NCBI GenBank assembly: GCA_031257875.1
Contig: JAIRNV010000214.1
Location: forward strand, 3,746 to 67,745
Source: Dysgonamonadaceae bacterium
Lineage (GTDB): Bacteria > Bacteroidota > Bacteroidia > Bacteroidales > Azobacteroidaceae
Length of the DNA: 64,000 nucleotides
Reading direction: 5' to 3'
Shown here: piece by piece, positions 9,825 to 19,847 of the stretch
Layout of the letters: every line of letters starts with the position of its first letter
Position numbering within the stretch: position 1 is the first letter of the stretch
The notes under the pieces: generated by a model
Told to the model about the DNA's origin: nothing
Database searches by the model: none
What the model saw: the letters and a program-made list of their open reading frames with translations, nothing else
Translations under genes and position numbers: made by a program

Positions 9825-11357
9825 ATGGCAAACAAAAAGGCATTATTGGTTATCCTCGACGGCTGGGGATTCGGCGACAAGACAAAAAGGGATGTAATAT
9901 ATTCTACCGAAACTCCTTACTGGGATTTCTTGTTAAAAAACTATCCGTATGCTCAATTGCAGGCTTCGGGCGAAAACGTCGGTTTACCCGACGGACAGAT
10001 GGGTAACTCCGAAGTGGGTCACCTCAACATCGGCGCAGGGCGCGTAGTATATCAGGATCTGGTGAAAATCAACATCGCCGCCCGCGACAATTCCATTTTT
10101 GAAAATCCCGGAATAAAAAGCGCATATTCCTATGCAAAGACGAACAATAAGAAAATCCATATTCTGGGACTGGTTTCCAACGGCGGCGTACACAGTTCTA
10201 TGGAACACCTTTTTAAACTGACCGACATCAGCAAAACTTACGGAATCGACCAGACGTTTATCCACTGCTTTATGGACGGACGCGATACCGACCCCAAAAG
10301 CGGCGCCGGTTTTATCCGCGATTTGGAAGCGCATCTCAAAGCGACAACCGGGCATATCGCTTCCATCATAGGCCGTTACTACGCAATGGACAGGGACAAA
10401 CGATGGGAAAGAGTGAAGGTTGCCTACGATTTACTGGTATCCGGAACCGGCGCCCATACGGAAAATCCGGCAGAGGCGGTCAAACAGTCTTACGCAGATG
10501 GAGTTACCGACGAATTTATAAAACCGATAGTGCATGTTAAAAACGGCAAACCGGTGGCAACGATAGAAGAAGGCGACGTGGTAATTTTCTTCAATTTCCG
10601 CAACGACCGCGCCAAAGAACTGACCATCGTCCTTTCCCGGCAGGACATGCCGGAACAGGGTATGCGCGCGATTCCCAATCTCCAATATTACACGATGACT
10701 CCTTACGACGCGACATTTAAAAATGTACATGTTTTATTCGATAAGGATAACGTGAACAATACTTTGGGCGAATATCTTTCCGGCCTTGGCCTGAAACAGT
10801 TGCACATCGCCGAAACGGAAAAGTACGCGCACGTAACCTTCTTTTTCAACGGCGGACGGGAAGCGCCCTACGAAGGGGAAGACCGTATTCTCGTTCCCTC
10901 TCCCAAGGTTGCGACTTACGATTTGAAGCCCGAAATGTCGGCTTACGAAGTAAAAGACAAACTGACGGAAGCCATTCAAACCCGGCAGTATGATTTTATT
11001 GTCGTAAACTACGCCAACGGCGATATGGTCGGACATACGGGCGTTTATGAAGCCATTGAAAAGGCGGTGATCGCTGTAAACGCCTGTTTGCAGGACACAA
11101 TCGAAACTGCGAAAGCAAACGGTTACGAAGCCATTGTCATCGCCGACCACGGCAACGCCGATTACGCGCTGAACGACGACAATTCACCCAATACGGCTCA
11201 CTCGCTGAATCCGGTTCCGTTCATTTACATTTCCGAAAACAAAGACGCCAAAGTGGAAAGCGGACGGTTAGCCGACGTCGCCCCAAGTATTTTACACATT
11301 CTCGGCCTGAAACAGCCTGAAGACATGACAGGTAAAAACTTGATTGTTAATGATTAA
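9825..11357 (+). CDS. gpmI: 2,3-bisphosphoglycerate-independent phosphoglycerate mutase
   Basis: [55 protein letters not shown]. Confidence 0.98.
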   Translation: MANKKALLVILDGWGFGDKTKRDVIYSTETPYWDFLLKNYPYAQLQASGENVGLPDGQMGNSEVGHLNIGAGRVVYQDLVKINIAARDNSIFENPGIKSAYSYAKTNNKKIHILGLVSNGGVHSSMEHLFKLTDISKTYGIDQTFIHCFMDGRDTDPKSGAGFIRDLEAHLKATTGHIASIIGRYYAMDRDKRWERVKVAYDLLVSGTGAHTENPAEAVKQSYADGVTDEFIKPIVHVKNGKPVATIEEGDVVIFFNFRNDRAKELTIVLSRQDMPEQGMRAIPNLQYYTMTPYDATFKNVHVLFDKDNVNNTLGEYLSGLGLKQLHIAETEKYAHVTFFFNGGREAPYEGEDRILVPSPKVATYDLKPEMSAYEVKDKLTEAIQTRQYDFIVVNYANGDMVGHTGVYEAIEKAVIAVNACLQDTIETAKANGYEAIVIADHGNADYALNDDNSPNTAHSLNPVPFIYISENKDAKVESGRLADVAPSILHILGLKQPEDMTGKNLIVND

Positions 11358-11420
11358 TCACTAATCATTAACAATTAATAAATTTCCACCGTTTCCTTAG
11401 TTTTTCCAAAAAAAAACAAT

Positions 11421-11428
11421 TATTTTTG
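11421..11428 (+). promoter_or_regulatory. -7 promoter motif upstream of the 21-bp array and 222-aa gene
   Basis: TATTTTTG preceded by an AT-rich tract. Confidence 0.5.
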
Positions 11429-11479
11429 TCCCCGTTATGTGCAAAGCGCTCTTTTTTGTATTGAAAGTACCGGAAAATC

Positions 11480-11638
11480 CTTTAAAAGGGTTCTTGAAAG
11501 CTTTAAAAGAGTTCTTCCAGCCTTTAAAAGAGTTCCCGAAGGCTTTAAAAGAGTTCTTCCGGCTCTTAAAAGAGTTCCCGAAGGCTTTAAAAGAGGTCTT
11601 CCGGCCTTTAAAAGAGTTCCCGAAGCCTTTAAAAGAAC
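11480..11638 (+). repeat. 21-bp tandem array (7 full units plus 1 partial) with A/B alternation giving a 42-bp higher-order unit
   Basis: CTTTAAAAG cores at 11480, 11501, 11522, 11543, 11564, 11585, 11606, 11627; tails alternate TTCC(A/G)GC / CCGAAG(G/C). Confidence 0.93.
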
Positions 11639-11684
11639 TTTACAGAATTATTATTAATTAATCATCTAAAAAAAAATTACAGTT

Positions 11685-12353
11685 ATGGCTAACGATTATT
11701 TGGCAATGTCTGACGACAAACTCGTCATCTTCACGGAAAACCTCATCGAAGCGGCGAAAAACAACCGCGAAAAATGGGAAATTCCCGAAGCGGTAATTCT
11801 TGCGCTGAGTCCGCTCCTCACGGACTTCACGAAGGCTGTGTCCACGCTGCACAACCCCGACAAGCGCGTACCGTCGAACACCCGCATCAAAAACGATGCC
11901 CGCAAAGCCCTGGAGGCAAAATTGCGTCCCTTCATCCAGCGCTGGTTCGAACTTAACGACGCCGTTATGCCGTCCGACCTCGAATCGCTGAGTCTTCCCG
12001 TACACGACACGAAACCCACCACTCACCAGCCGCCCGCCGAGCGAGTTGCCATCGCGGTCAAAGTTTCCGGCGACTTGCAGCATATCCTGACAGCCCTCAA
12101 CCCACTCACGGAAAAACCCGTCAAACCTGCCGACGCCGCCGGCGTAAAAATCGTCCGCACAATTTCGGACAGCGCCACGCCGCCCGTTGACCCGGAAACG
12201 ATGGGACACTCGGTTTTTTCGCGCAAAACCAAAGTCGTGTTCGATTACACGGAATCCGATCTCGGCAAATGGGTACACTACTGCGCCCGATATGAAAATT
12301 CAAAGGGCGCGCCGGGTCCATGGAGCAAGATTGTGTCGACACTTATTGCTTAA
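11685..12353 (+). CDS. Uncharacterised 222-aa protein; helical N-half and probable FnIII/Ig-like C-half
   Basis: Clean ORF after an AT-rich Bacteroidota-type initiation region; C-terminal YCARYENSKGAPGPWS resembles FnIII terminal strands; no signal peptide. Confidence 0.8.
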   Translation: MANDYLAMSDDKLVIFTENLIEAAKNNREKWEIPEAVILALSPLLTDFTKAVSTLHNPDKRVPSNTRIKNDARKALEAKLRPFIQRWFELNDAVMPSDLESLSLPVHDTKPTTHQPPAERVAIAVKVSGDLQHILTALNPLTEKPVKPADAAGVKIVRTISDSATPPVDPETMGHSVFSRKTKVVFDYTESDLGKWVHYCARYENSKGAPGPWSKIVSTLIA

Positions 12354-12360
12354 AACGAAT

Positions 12361-12448
12361 GGAAGGTGAAAGGTAAAGGGTAAAGGGCTAAGGGTAGAGG
12401 GCGCATCCTTTTACCCTTTACCTTTTACCCTTCACCTTTCACCCTTTT
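12361..12448. repeat. Inverted pair of heptamer arrays, (AAGGGTA/AAAGGTG)n ... (TACCCTT/CACCTTT)n, forming a long imperfect hairpin
   Basis: Read directly between the 222-aa gene and the S41 peptidase. Confidence 0.85.
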
Positions 12449-12465
12449 ATAAATAACCGTTTCAA

Positions 12466-13914
12466 ATGAAAACAATCAAAAAATTACCGTACATTTTTGC
12501 ATTATTACTAACGCTGACAATTAGTTTTTCGTGCATCGAAAACGATCCCGGTGAAACAGCTTCGAATGAAAGTATCAACGACTGGATACAAAGTTGGATG
12601 GACTATTGCTATTTATGGAACGGTGAAATTCCGGCAAAAACAGATAAATCGCTCCGGCCCGACAAATATTTTGAATCTTTGCTCTACAAAGAAGACCGTT
12701 TTTCATGGATTCAGGAAAATTTTACCGACCTGCTGGATTACCTGAACGGCATAACAACGGAAGCCGGATACGATTACCGGATACTCAGGGTAAATGAAGT
12801 TAACCCTGATTTAGTCGGCATAGTCAATTATATCAAGCCCGGCTCGCCTGCATCGGGAACCGGTTTGAAACGGGGCGATGTTTTTAGCGCTATCAACGGG
12901 ACAAGATTAACGGTGGATAACTACATTGATTTGACCGATGCGCTTTCTGCTCCCCATACTTTGGGAATTATAAAATCAATCGACGAATTGGAACCGGTAA
13001 AAACCGTTTCGCTGCCGTCAGTTGTAAAATACGAAGAAAATCCGGTATTTCTGGATACCGTATATAATATAGCCGGCACAAAAACAGGCTATCTCGTTTA
13101 CAACTTTTTTGCAGATGACAAAGGCGACAATTCTATCGCTTACGCCAAAGAATTAAACAACATCTTCGGCGAATTTAAATCAGCCGGCATTGACGGGTTA
13201 ATCCTTGATTTGCGTTACAATGGCGGCGGCTCTATCAGTACCTGCATAGCGCTCTCAAGTATGATTTCAAACCAAAGTAGCAGTGATTTGTTTTGCATTG
13301 AGCAATACAACGAGAATGTACATGAAGAAGGGCTAACGGAAATAGGGCCGGATTTTGACAAATCATATTTTGCAGACAATCTGCAAAGATATGACGCCGA
13401 AGGAAATGTGATTGAAAGCATACCACTCAATAAGTTAACGGGATTGAACCGCCTGTTTGTAATCACATCCGACAGAACGGCCTCCGCAAGCGAACTGGTA
13501 ATTAATTGCCTGAAACCGTACATGGAAGTGATTCTTATCGGCGACGTCACTTACGGTAAAAACGTAGGCTCATTTACCATTTACGAAGAAGACCCGGAAA
13601 AGCAGAAAACAAACAAATGGGGAATGCAACCAGTTATTGTCAAACTCGCAAATTCAGAGGAATTTTCCGGTTTCGGCAACGGTTTTACGCCCGATGTGGA
13701 AATATCCGAATACAAAAATTTACCGCTCAAGCCTTTCGGCGATACCGGCGAACCGCTGTTGCAGGCCGCATTAGTCAGAATGGGCGTAATGCAGGCGCCT
13801 GCAAGCTTCCGCGCCGACAGTCGGAATACGTTTATTCCCGTGTTTTCATCTATCGACAAAACGCCGGTCAGAAGAAATACGTATATCAACCGGTTCGGGA
13901 AGAAAATGCCATAG
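12466..13914 (+). CDS. S41 family (C-terminal processing) peptidase lipoprotein with PDZ domain
   Basis: Lipobox-like ISFSC; PGSPA..GLKRGD PDZ; LDLRYNGGG; TASASE; TYGKNVGS. Confidence 0.92.
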   Translation: MKTIKKLPYIFALLLTLTISFSCIENDPGETASNESINDWIQSWMDYCYLWNGEIPAKTDKSLRPDKYFESLLYKEDRFSWIQENFTDLLDYLNGITTEAGYDYRILRVNEVNPDLVGIVNYIKPGSPASGTGLKRGDVFSAINGTRLTVDNYIDLTDALSAPHTLGIIKSIDELEPVKTVSLPSVVKYEENPVFLDTVYNIAGTKTGYLVYNFFADDKGDNSIAYAKELNNIFGEFKSAGIDGLILDLRYNGGGSISTCIALSSMISNQSSSDLFCIEQYNENVHEEGLTEIGPDFDKSYFADNLQRYDAEGNVIESIPLNKLTGLNRLFVITSDRTASASELVINCLKPYMEVILIGDVTYGKNVGSFTIYEEDPEKQKTNKWGMQPVIVKLANSEEFSGFGNGFTPDVEISEYKNLPLKPFGDTGEPLLQAALVRMGVMQAPASFRADSRNTFIPVFSSIDKTPVRRNTYINRFGKKMP

Positions 13915-14071
13915 GCAGAAAGTCTCCCGAAACGTTTGAAATGCACGCCGTAATTCGTAATTTACATGGCAAAGCATCGTTAAGGAATGCGAAGAAAACA
14001 GGATATAACAGTTTTGGAAGATTGCCTCGGTAGAGACATTGCGTACAACCGGCTGAAAGCTGGCAAATCAT

Positions 14072-14297
14072 TAGCGTAGGGCAACGCCCTACGGACAGGA
14101 AATACCGGCCAAACGCAAGCCCTGAAAGGGCGATATCTCGGTTGATTCCGCCCTTTCAGGGCTTAGTGATGACAATCGCATCATCCCGTAGGGCGTTGCC
14201 CTACGCTATTGATTATACCCTTTCAGGGCATGGGATTCCTTAAGTTGACGACATTGGGCGTTGCCTTGTGCTATTGATACAAGGCTTTCAGCCTTAA
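14072..14297 (+). repeat. REP/REPIN cluster, left copy (about 226 bp)
   Basis: Contains palindromes GTAGGGCAACGCCCTAC and GCCCTGAAAGGGC; near-identical direct copy at 15047-15274. Confidence 0.9.
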
Positions 14298-14388
14298 GTT
14301 GACGGCATTGAACGCCCTGTGATTATAGACGGCATCCGGCATCCAAAGCCCCAATGGGGCGGAATCAATATTGTTAGCACAAAATGTT

Positions 14389-14841
14389 ATGGCACAATCA
14401 TTATCAAAAGTATATGTACATGTCACGTTCAGCACAAAGAACCGTTATCCGTTTATTGACAATGGAATAAAGCAGGAATTGTGGGCGTATCTCGGTGGTA
14501 TTTGCAAAGGCTTGGAGAGTAACCCGATTCGTATAGGCGGACACAATGATCACGTGCATATTTGTTGTTTGTTGTCGAAAAAGATAACACAAATAAAATT
14601 ACTGGAAGAGGTTAAAAAAGAATCGTCTAAATGGATAAAAACCAAAGGAAAACAATACGAAAAATTTTATTGGCAAGATGGTTACGGCATTTTCTCGGTC
14701 AATCCTTCTGAAATAGATACGGTTGTAAAATATATTAATAATCAGGAAGAGCATCATAAAAAGCGAACGTTTCAGGAAGAATTATTGGCTTTTTTGAAAA
14801 AATACAAGGTAGAATATGATGAACGTTATTTGTGGGAATAA
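14389..14841 (+). mobile_element. tnpA: REP-associated tyrosine (Y1 HUH) transposase, RAYT / IS200-like TnpA
   Basis: VHVTFSTKNR, HUH motif DHVHI, KKESSKW, FYWQDGYG.FSV, YINNQEEHH; flanked by REP palindromes; no tnpB. Confidence 0.9.
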
Positions 14842-14850
14842 TCGGATTAC

Positions 14851-15274
14851 GCCCTTTCAGGGCTTGCGTTTGGCCGGCATTTCCTGTCCGTAGGACGTTG
14901 CCTAATGTCGTCAACTTAAGGCTGGCATTTCCCGTCCGTAGGACGTTGCCTAATGTCGTCAACTTAAGGCTGGCATTTCCCGTCCGTAGGGCGTTGCCCA
15001 ATGCCGTCAACTTAAGGAATCCCATGCCCTGAAAGGGCATAATCAATAGCGTAGGGCAACGCCCTACGGACAGGAAATACCGGCCAAACGCAAGCCCTGA
15101 AAGGGCGATATCCCGGTCGATTCCGCCCTTTCAGGGCTTAGTGACTGACAATCGCATCATCCCGTAGGGCGTTGCCCTACGCTATTGATTATGCCCTTTC
15201 AGGGCATGGGATTCCTTAAGTTGACGACATTGGGCGTTGCCCTGTGCTATTGATACAAGGCTTTCAGCCTTAAG
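14851..15274. repeat. REP/REPIN cluster, right side: inverted REP segment, about 3x 48-bp tandem unit, and a long inverted repeat containing the direct copy of the left cluster
   Basis: 14851-14902 is complementary to the REP core; 48-bp unit TAATGTCGTCAACTTAAGGCTGGCATTTCCCGTCCGTAGGACGTTGCC; about 14996-15069 pairs with about 15162-15235. Confidence 0.88.
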
Positions 15275-15340
15275 ATTTGCCGGCTTTCAGCCCTTTGGGT
15301 AAAAGATTGAGTATTCATTAAAAGTTAAAAATAAAATTTT

Positions 15341-15748
15341 ATGGCAGAATTAAAACATCCCATTCGTGAAGCTGAACGTTATTTGCAAAACGCAAGGCAA
15401 ATCCTGTCGGAAAAAGCCGAAAAAGACGGTGATTATTATAACGACGGTAAATATGTAAAAATGGCCGGTAATACGGCATGGAGTGGAGTGCTTGTTGCAC
15501 TGGATGCGGTTTTGGGCGTACGTAAGGGATTAAAAAAGAGGCAGCGGCTCGAATTTAAAGATTATCAGGCGGCTATTGCTAAAAAAGACAGTAAAATGAA
15601 TCGCCCCTTGCTTAATGCGTATGAATTGTTGCATAAGTCACTGGGATATGACGGTATTACGCTTTACAAGGTGGTACAGGACAGTTTGGACCAGGCAAGG
15701 ATTGTTATTGACTGGGCGGATAAACATTATCAAAACGTAGAGATATAA
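15341..15748 (+). CDS. DUF5618-like (HEPN-like helical) protein
   Basis: EAERYLQNARQILSEKA...Y.DGKYVKMAGNTAWSGVLVALD pattern. Confidence 0.7.
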   Translation: MAELKHPIREAERYLQNARQILSEKAEKDGDYYNDGKYVKMAGNTAWSGVLVALDAVLGVRKGLKKRQRLEFKDYQAAIAKKDSKMNRPLLNAYELLHKSLGYDGITLYKVVQDSLDQARIVIDWADKHYQNVEI

Positions 15749-15750
15749 AT

Positions 15751-17811
15751 ATGAAACGCAACATTTTAATTATGACAACAACTTTAATGTTCTTTTCCTG
15801 TGCAAAAAAACAACCGGCAAGGCCGACCGCACAGGAAGAACAGTTCGATTACAACGTGGAACAGTTCGCCGATTTGGAAATCCTCCGTTATCAGGTAACC
15901 GATTGGGACAGTCTTTCCTTGCAGCAAAAAAGTCTGGTTTATTGCCTCAATGAAGCGGCGCTGTACGGCCGCGACATCCTGTTTGACCAGAATAACCGTT
16001 ACAATCTGGCCATCCGGCGCACTTTGGAAGCTATTTATGCGAATTACAAAGGCGATACGGCAAGTACGGAATATCAGGCATTTGTAACGTATCTGAAAAG
16101 AGTCTGGTTTTCCAGCGGGATTCATCACCATTACGGAGCCGAGAAATTCCTGCCCGAATTCACGCCCGAATTTTTTGCCGACGCCGTTAAATCGCTGGAT
16201 TCTGCCTTAGTACCACGGCGCGAAAACCAGTCGGTTGACGCTTTTCTTGCCGAAATTACCCCAGTCATGTTTCAGCCCGAACTTTATGCGAAAAAAATCA
16301 GCCAGGACAGCGGTGTTGATGTGATTGCGGGTTCGGCCAATAACTACTACGGGGAAGGCGTTACCCAAAAGGATGTAGAGCTTTTTTACGGTGCAATGAA
16401 AAATCCGGCTGATTCCACGCCCGTGCCTTTCGGCCTGAACAGCCGTTTGATAAAGGAAGATGGAAAACTGGCCGAAGAAGTGTACAAAATCGGCGGTCTA
16501 TATTCTCAGGCCATTGAAAAAATTGTCTATTGGCTGGAAGAAGCCGGAAAATACGCCGAAAATGCGCGGCAAAAGAAAGTTATCGAACTGCTCGTTGACT
16601 TTTACAGGACAGGTGATTTGAAAACGTACGACGAATATGCCATCGCATGGGTGAAAGATACGGAATCGGTAGTGGATTTTGTCAACGGTTTTACCGAATC
16701 CTACGGCGATGCGCTCGGATTGAAAGCAAGCTGGGAAGCCTCAGTCAATTTCAAAGACCTGCAGGCAACCGCCAAAACAAAAATCATCGGCGAAAATGCC
16801 CGGTGGTTTGAAGATCATTCGCCGGTAGCCCCGCAATTCAAAAAAGAGAGCGTCAAAGGCGTCAGTGCAAAAACCATCACGGCGACCATTCTGGGCGGCG
16901 ACTGCTACCCTGCTACGCCGATTGGTATTAACTTACCAAATTCCAACTGGATACGTAAAGAATACGGTTCAAAATCCGTTACGATAAACAATATTACGGA
17001 AGCCTACGGTAAAGCGGCTGCCGGCAACGAATTCCTCGATGAGTTTGTGTGCAGCCCCGCTGAAAAAGAAATCATGGAAAATTTCGGATTGCAAACCGAT
17101 AATTTGCATACCAGTTTGCATGAATGTCTCGGCCATGCTTCCGGACAGTTACTTCCGGGCGTAGACCCCGATGCCTTGAAAGTTTACGGTTCGACCATCG
17201 AAGAAGCCCGCGCCGACTTGTTCGGACTGTATTACATCGCTGATCCTAAAATGTTGGAAATCGCACTTTTGGACAATCCGGAAGCCTATAAAGCCGAATA
17301 TTACAAATACATGATGAATGGCCTGATTACCCAGTTATCGCGTATTGAACCGGGAAAACAAATCGAAGAAGCGCACATGCGCAACCGTTCGTTAATTGCC
17401 CATTGGGTATTGGAACATGGACAGGCCGACAAAGTCGTCGAATTAGTTAAAAAAGACGGAAAAACGTATGTCGTCATCAACGATTATGAAAAAATGCGTA
17501 CTTTAATCGGCAATTTATTGGCTGAAATTCAAAGAATTAAATCGGAAGGCGATTTCAAAGCCGCCAGGGAACTGGTAGAGCAATACGGAGTAAAGGTCAA
17601 TCCCGATCTGCACAAAGAAGTGAGCGAACGCTACGACAAATTGGGAATCGCTCCTTATAAAGGATTTGTTAATCCGGTCTATGAAGCCGTGAGAGACAGA
17701 CAGGGCAGCATTATTGATGTAAAAATAAGTTACAAAGAGGGTTACGCCGAACAAATGATGCGATACTCCAAAGATTATTCACCGCTTCCAACATACAACA
17801 GTTTATTTTGA
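15751..17811 (+). CDS. Dipeptidyl-peptidase III (M49) lipoprotein
   Basis: HECLGH (HExxGH), EEARADL, IGINLPN; lipobox FFSC. Confidence 0.95.
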   Translation: MKRNILIMTTTLMFFSCAKKQPARPTAQEEQFDYNVEQFADLEILRYQVTDWDSLSLQQKSLVYCLNEAALYGRDILFDQNNRYNLAIRRTLEAIYANYKGDTASTEYQAFVTYLKRVWFSSGIHHHYGAEKFLPEFTPEFFADAVKSLDSALVPRRENQSVDAFLAEITPVMFQPELYAKKISQDSGVDVIAGSANNYYGEGVTQKDVELFYGAMKNPADSTPVPFGLNSRLIKEDGKLAEEVYKIGGLYSQAIEKIVYWLEEAGKYAENARQKKVIELLVDFYRTGDLKTYDEYAIAWVKDTESVVDFVNGFTESYGDALGLKASWEASVNFKDLQATAKTKIIGENARWFEDHSPVAPQFKKESVKGVSAKTITATILGGDCYPATPIGINLPNSNWIRKEYGSKSVTINNITEAYGKAAAGNEFLDEFVCSPAEKEIMENFGLQTDNLHTSLHECLGHASGQLLPGVDPDALKVYGSTIEEARADLFGLYYIADPKMLEIALLDNPEAYKAEYYKYMMNGLITQLSRIEPGKQIEEAHMRNRSLIAHWVLEHGQADKVVELVKKDGKTYVVINDYEKMRTLIGNLLAEIQRIKSEGDFKAARELVEQYGVKVNPDLHKEVSERYDKLGIAPYKGFVNPVYEAVRDRQGSIIDVKISYKEGYAEQMMRYSKDYSPLPTYNSLF

Positions 17812-17814
17812 ATC

Positions 17815-17850
17815 CATAATTTTCAATTCTCAATTCTCAATTCTCAATTA
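17815..17850 (+). repeat. Heptamer repeat (AATTCTC)n before purA
   Basis: aattttc aattctc aattctc aattctc aatt. Confidence 0.8.
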
Positions 17851-17852
17851 AG

Positions 17853-19115
17853 ATGACGGTAGATGTTTTATTAGGCCTGCAATGGGGCGACGAAGGAAAA
17901 GGAAAAATAGTCGATGTTTTAACTCCCGGCTACGATATCATTGCCCGTTTCCAGGGCGGTCCGAATGCCGGTCACACCTTGGAATTTAAAGGAGAAAAAT
18001 ATGTATTGCGATCCGTTCCATCCGGTATTTTCCAGGGAGGAAAAATCAATATCATCGGGAATGGCGTGGTATTGGACCCCGCATTATTCAAAGCCGAAGT
18101 GGAAGCGCTTGAAGCCTCCGGTCACGATTTGAGCAAACATTTGTATATTTCGCGAAAAGCCCATTTGATACTCCCTACCCACCGCTTGTTGGATTTAGCC
18201 TGCGAAGCCCGGAAAGGAAGCGGAAAAATCGGGACAACCGGTAAGGGAATCGGACCTGCATACACCGACAAGATAAGCCGGAATGGACTGAGAATTGGTG
18301 ATTTGGAGTATAATTTCGAGGTCAAATATAAAGAAGCCGTTGCCCGTCACGAAATTTTATTGCAACAAATGAATTATGAATACGATCGGGCGGCTTTGGA
18401 AAAAGAATGGTTTGAAGGCATTGACTGCATCAGAAGATTTCAATTGATTGACAGCGACCATTTTTTAAATAACGCTTTACAAAACGGGAAAAAAGCGCTG
18501 GCCGAAGGCGCTCAAGGCACCATGCTCGACGTTGATTTCGGTTCCTATCCCTTTGTGACGTCGTCCAGTACCGTATGCGCCGGAGCGTGTACGGGGCTGG
18601 GAATTTCGCCGTCCAGAGTCGGAAAAGTATACGGTATATTCAAAGCCTATTGCACGCGGGTCGGAAGCGGCCCTTTTCCGACCGAATTGTTTGACGAAAC
18701 CGGACAGAAAATGAGGGACCTGGGCTATGAATACGGTTCGGTAACCGGACGTCCCAGAAGGTGCGGATGGATTGACCTGGTCGCCCTTCGTTATGCCGTT
18801 ATGCTAAACGGCGTTACCGGTTTAATCATGATGAAATCGGATGTGCTGGACAGTTTTGAAACGATTAAAGCCTGCGTCGCCTACAGCGTCAATGGCGTTG
18901 AAAGCAAAGATTTCCCGTTTGAAATCAACGATTCGGTCAAACCGGTTTACGTGGAACTTCCCGGATGGCAAACAGATATGACAAAAATGCAGTCGGCAGA
19001 TGAATTTCCCGAAGCATTTAATGCCTATGTATCATTTTTAGAAGAAACTTTGGGTGTAAATATTAAGATTGTTTCGGTCGGGCCTGATCGGGAACAGACA
19101 ATTCAGCTGGTATAA
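17853..19115 (+). CDS. purA: Adenylosuccinate synthetase
   Basis: GLQWGDEGKGK, QGGPNAGHT, GTTGKGIGPAY, EGAQG, TGRPRRCGW. Confidence 0.98.
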   Translation: MTVDVLLGLQWGDEGKGKIVDVLTPGYDIIARFQGGPNAGHTLEFKGEKYVLRSVPSGIFQGGKINIIGNGVVLDPALFKAEVEALEASGHDLSKHLYISRKAHLILPTHRLLDLACEARKGSGKIGTTGKGIGPAYTDKISRNGLRIGDLEYNFEVKYKEAVARHEILLQQMNYEYDRAALEKEWFEGIDCIRRFQLIDSDHFLNNALQNGKKALAEGAQGTMLDVDFGSYPFVTSSSTVCAGACTGLGISPSRVGKVYGIFKAYCTRVGSGPFPTELFDETGQKMRDLGYEYGSVTGRPRRCGWIDLVALRYAVMLNGVTGLIMMKSDVLDSFETIKACVAYSVNGVESKDFPFEINDSVKPVYVELPGWQTDMTKMQSADEFPEAFNAYVSFLEETLGVNIKIVSVGPDREQTIQLV

Positions 19116-19160
19116 TATTTGCAATGCGAAGAAACGAAATATTAACTTAAATTTTTATCA

Positions 19161-19847
19161 ATGTATTGGATTTTATTAATTGGAACTGCACTTGCCGGTT
19201 GGCTGGTACAGTGGAATTTGAAGAACAAATTCAAAAAATATTCCAGTCTGGATATGGACAACGGAATGACGGGTAAAGACGTCGCCGAACGGATGCTCCG
19301 CGAAAACGGCATAACCGATGTTCGGGTGGTAGCGACAAACGGACTGCTGACAGACAATTACAATCCCGTAAACCGTACGATCAGTCTCAGCGAGGATGTT
19401 TATGGAAGTTATAACGTAACCGCGGCAGCTGTTGCCGCCCACGAAACCGGCCATGCAATCCAGCATGCACGGGCTTACGGGCCTTTGAAAATGCGTTCTG
19501 CGCTGGTGCCGGTCGTCAGTTTTTCTTCCCGATGGGTAACCTGGATCATTTTTGGAGGTTTGCTGCTCATGGGTTCCGGCAACAGAATCGGTTCCTCCCT
19601 GTTGTTAGCCGGTATTTTTCTCTATGCAGCCATTACCTTGTTCAGTTTCATCACTTTACCGGTTGAAATTGATGCCAGCAAACGGGCTTTGGCCTGGTTA
19701 AGCAATGCGGGAATCACCAGTTCCCGTACTCATTTTCCGGCACAGGACGCTTTGAAAGCCGCAGCCTATACTTATGTTGTTGCAGCTTTAAGTTCTTTGG
19801 CCACACTTCTTTACTACATTTGGATTTATCTGGGAAGGAGAGATTAG
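19161..19847 (+). CDS. Membrane neutral zinc metallopeptidase (YugP/Zn_peptidase_2 family)
   Basis: AAHETGHAIQH, TLPVEIDASKRAL, AAAYTYV. Confidence 0.92.
   Translation: MYWILLIGTALAGWLVQWNLKNKFKKYSSLDMDNGMTGKDVAERMLRENGITDVRVVATNGLLTDNYNPVNRTISLSEDVYGSYNVTAAAVAAHETGHAIQHARAYGPLKMRSALVPVVSFSSRWVTWIIFGGLLLMGSGNRIGSSLLLAGIFLYAAITLFSFITLPVEIDASKRALAWLSNAGITSSRTHFPAQDALKAAAYTYVVAALSSLATLLYYIWIYLGRRD

Noticed and set aside
14389-14841. IS200/IS605 insertion sequence with TnpB/omega-RNA
   Set aside because: No tnpB is adjacent, and multiple REP palindromes on both sides fit RAYT better.
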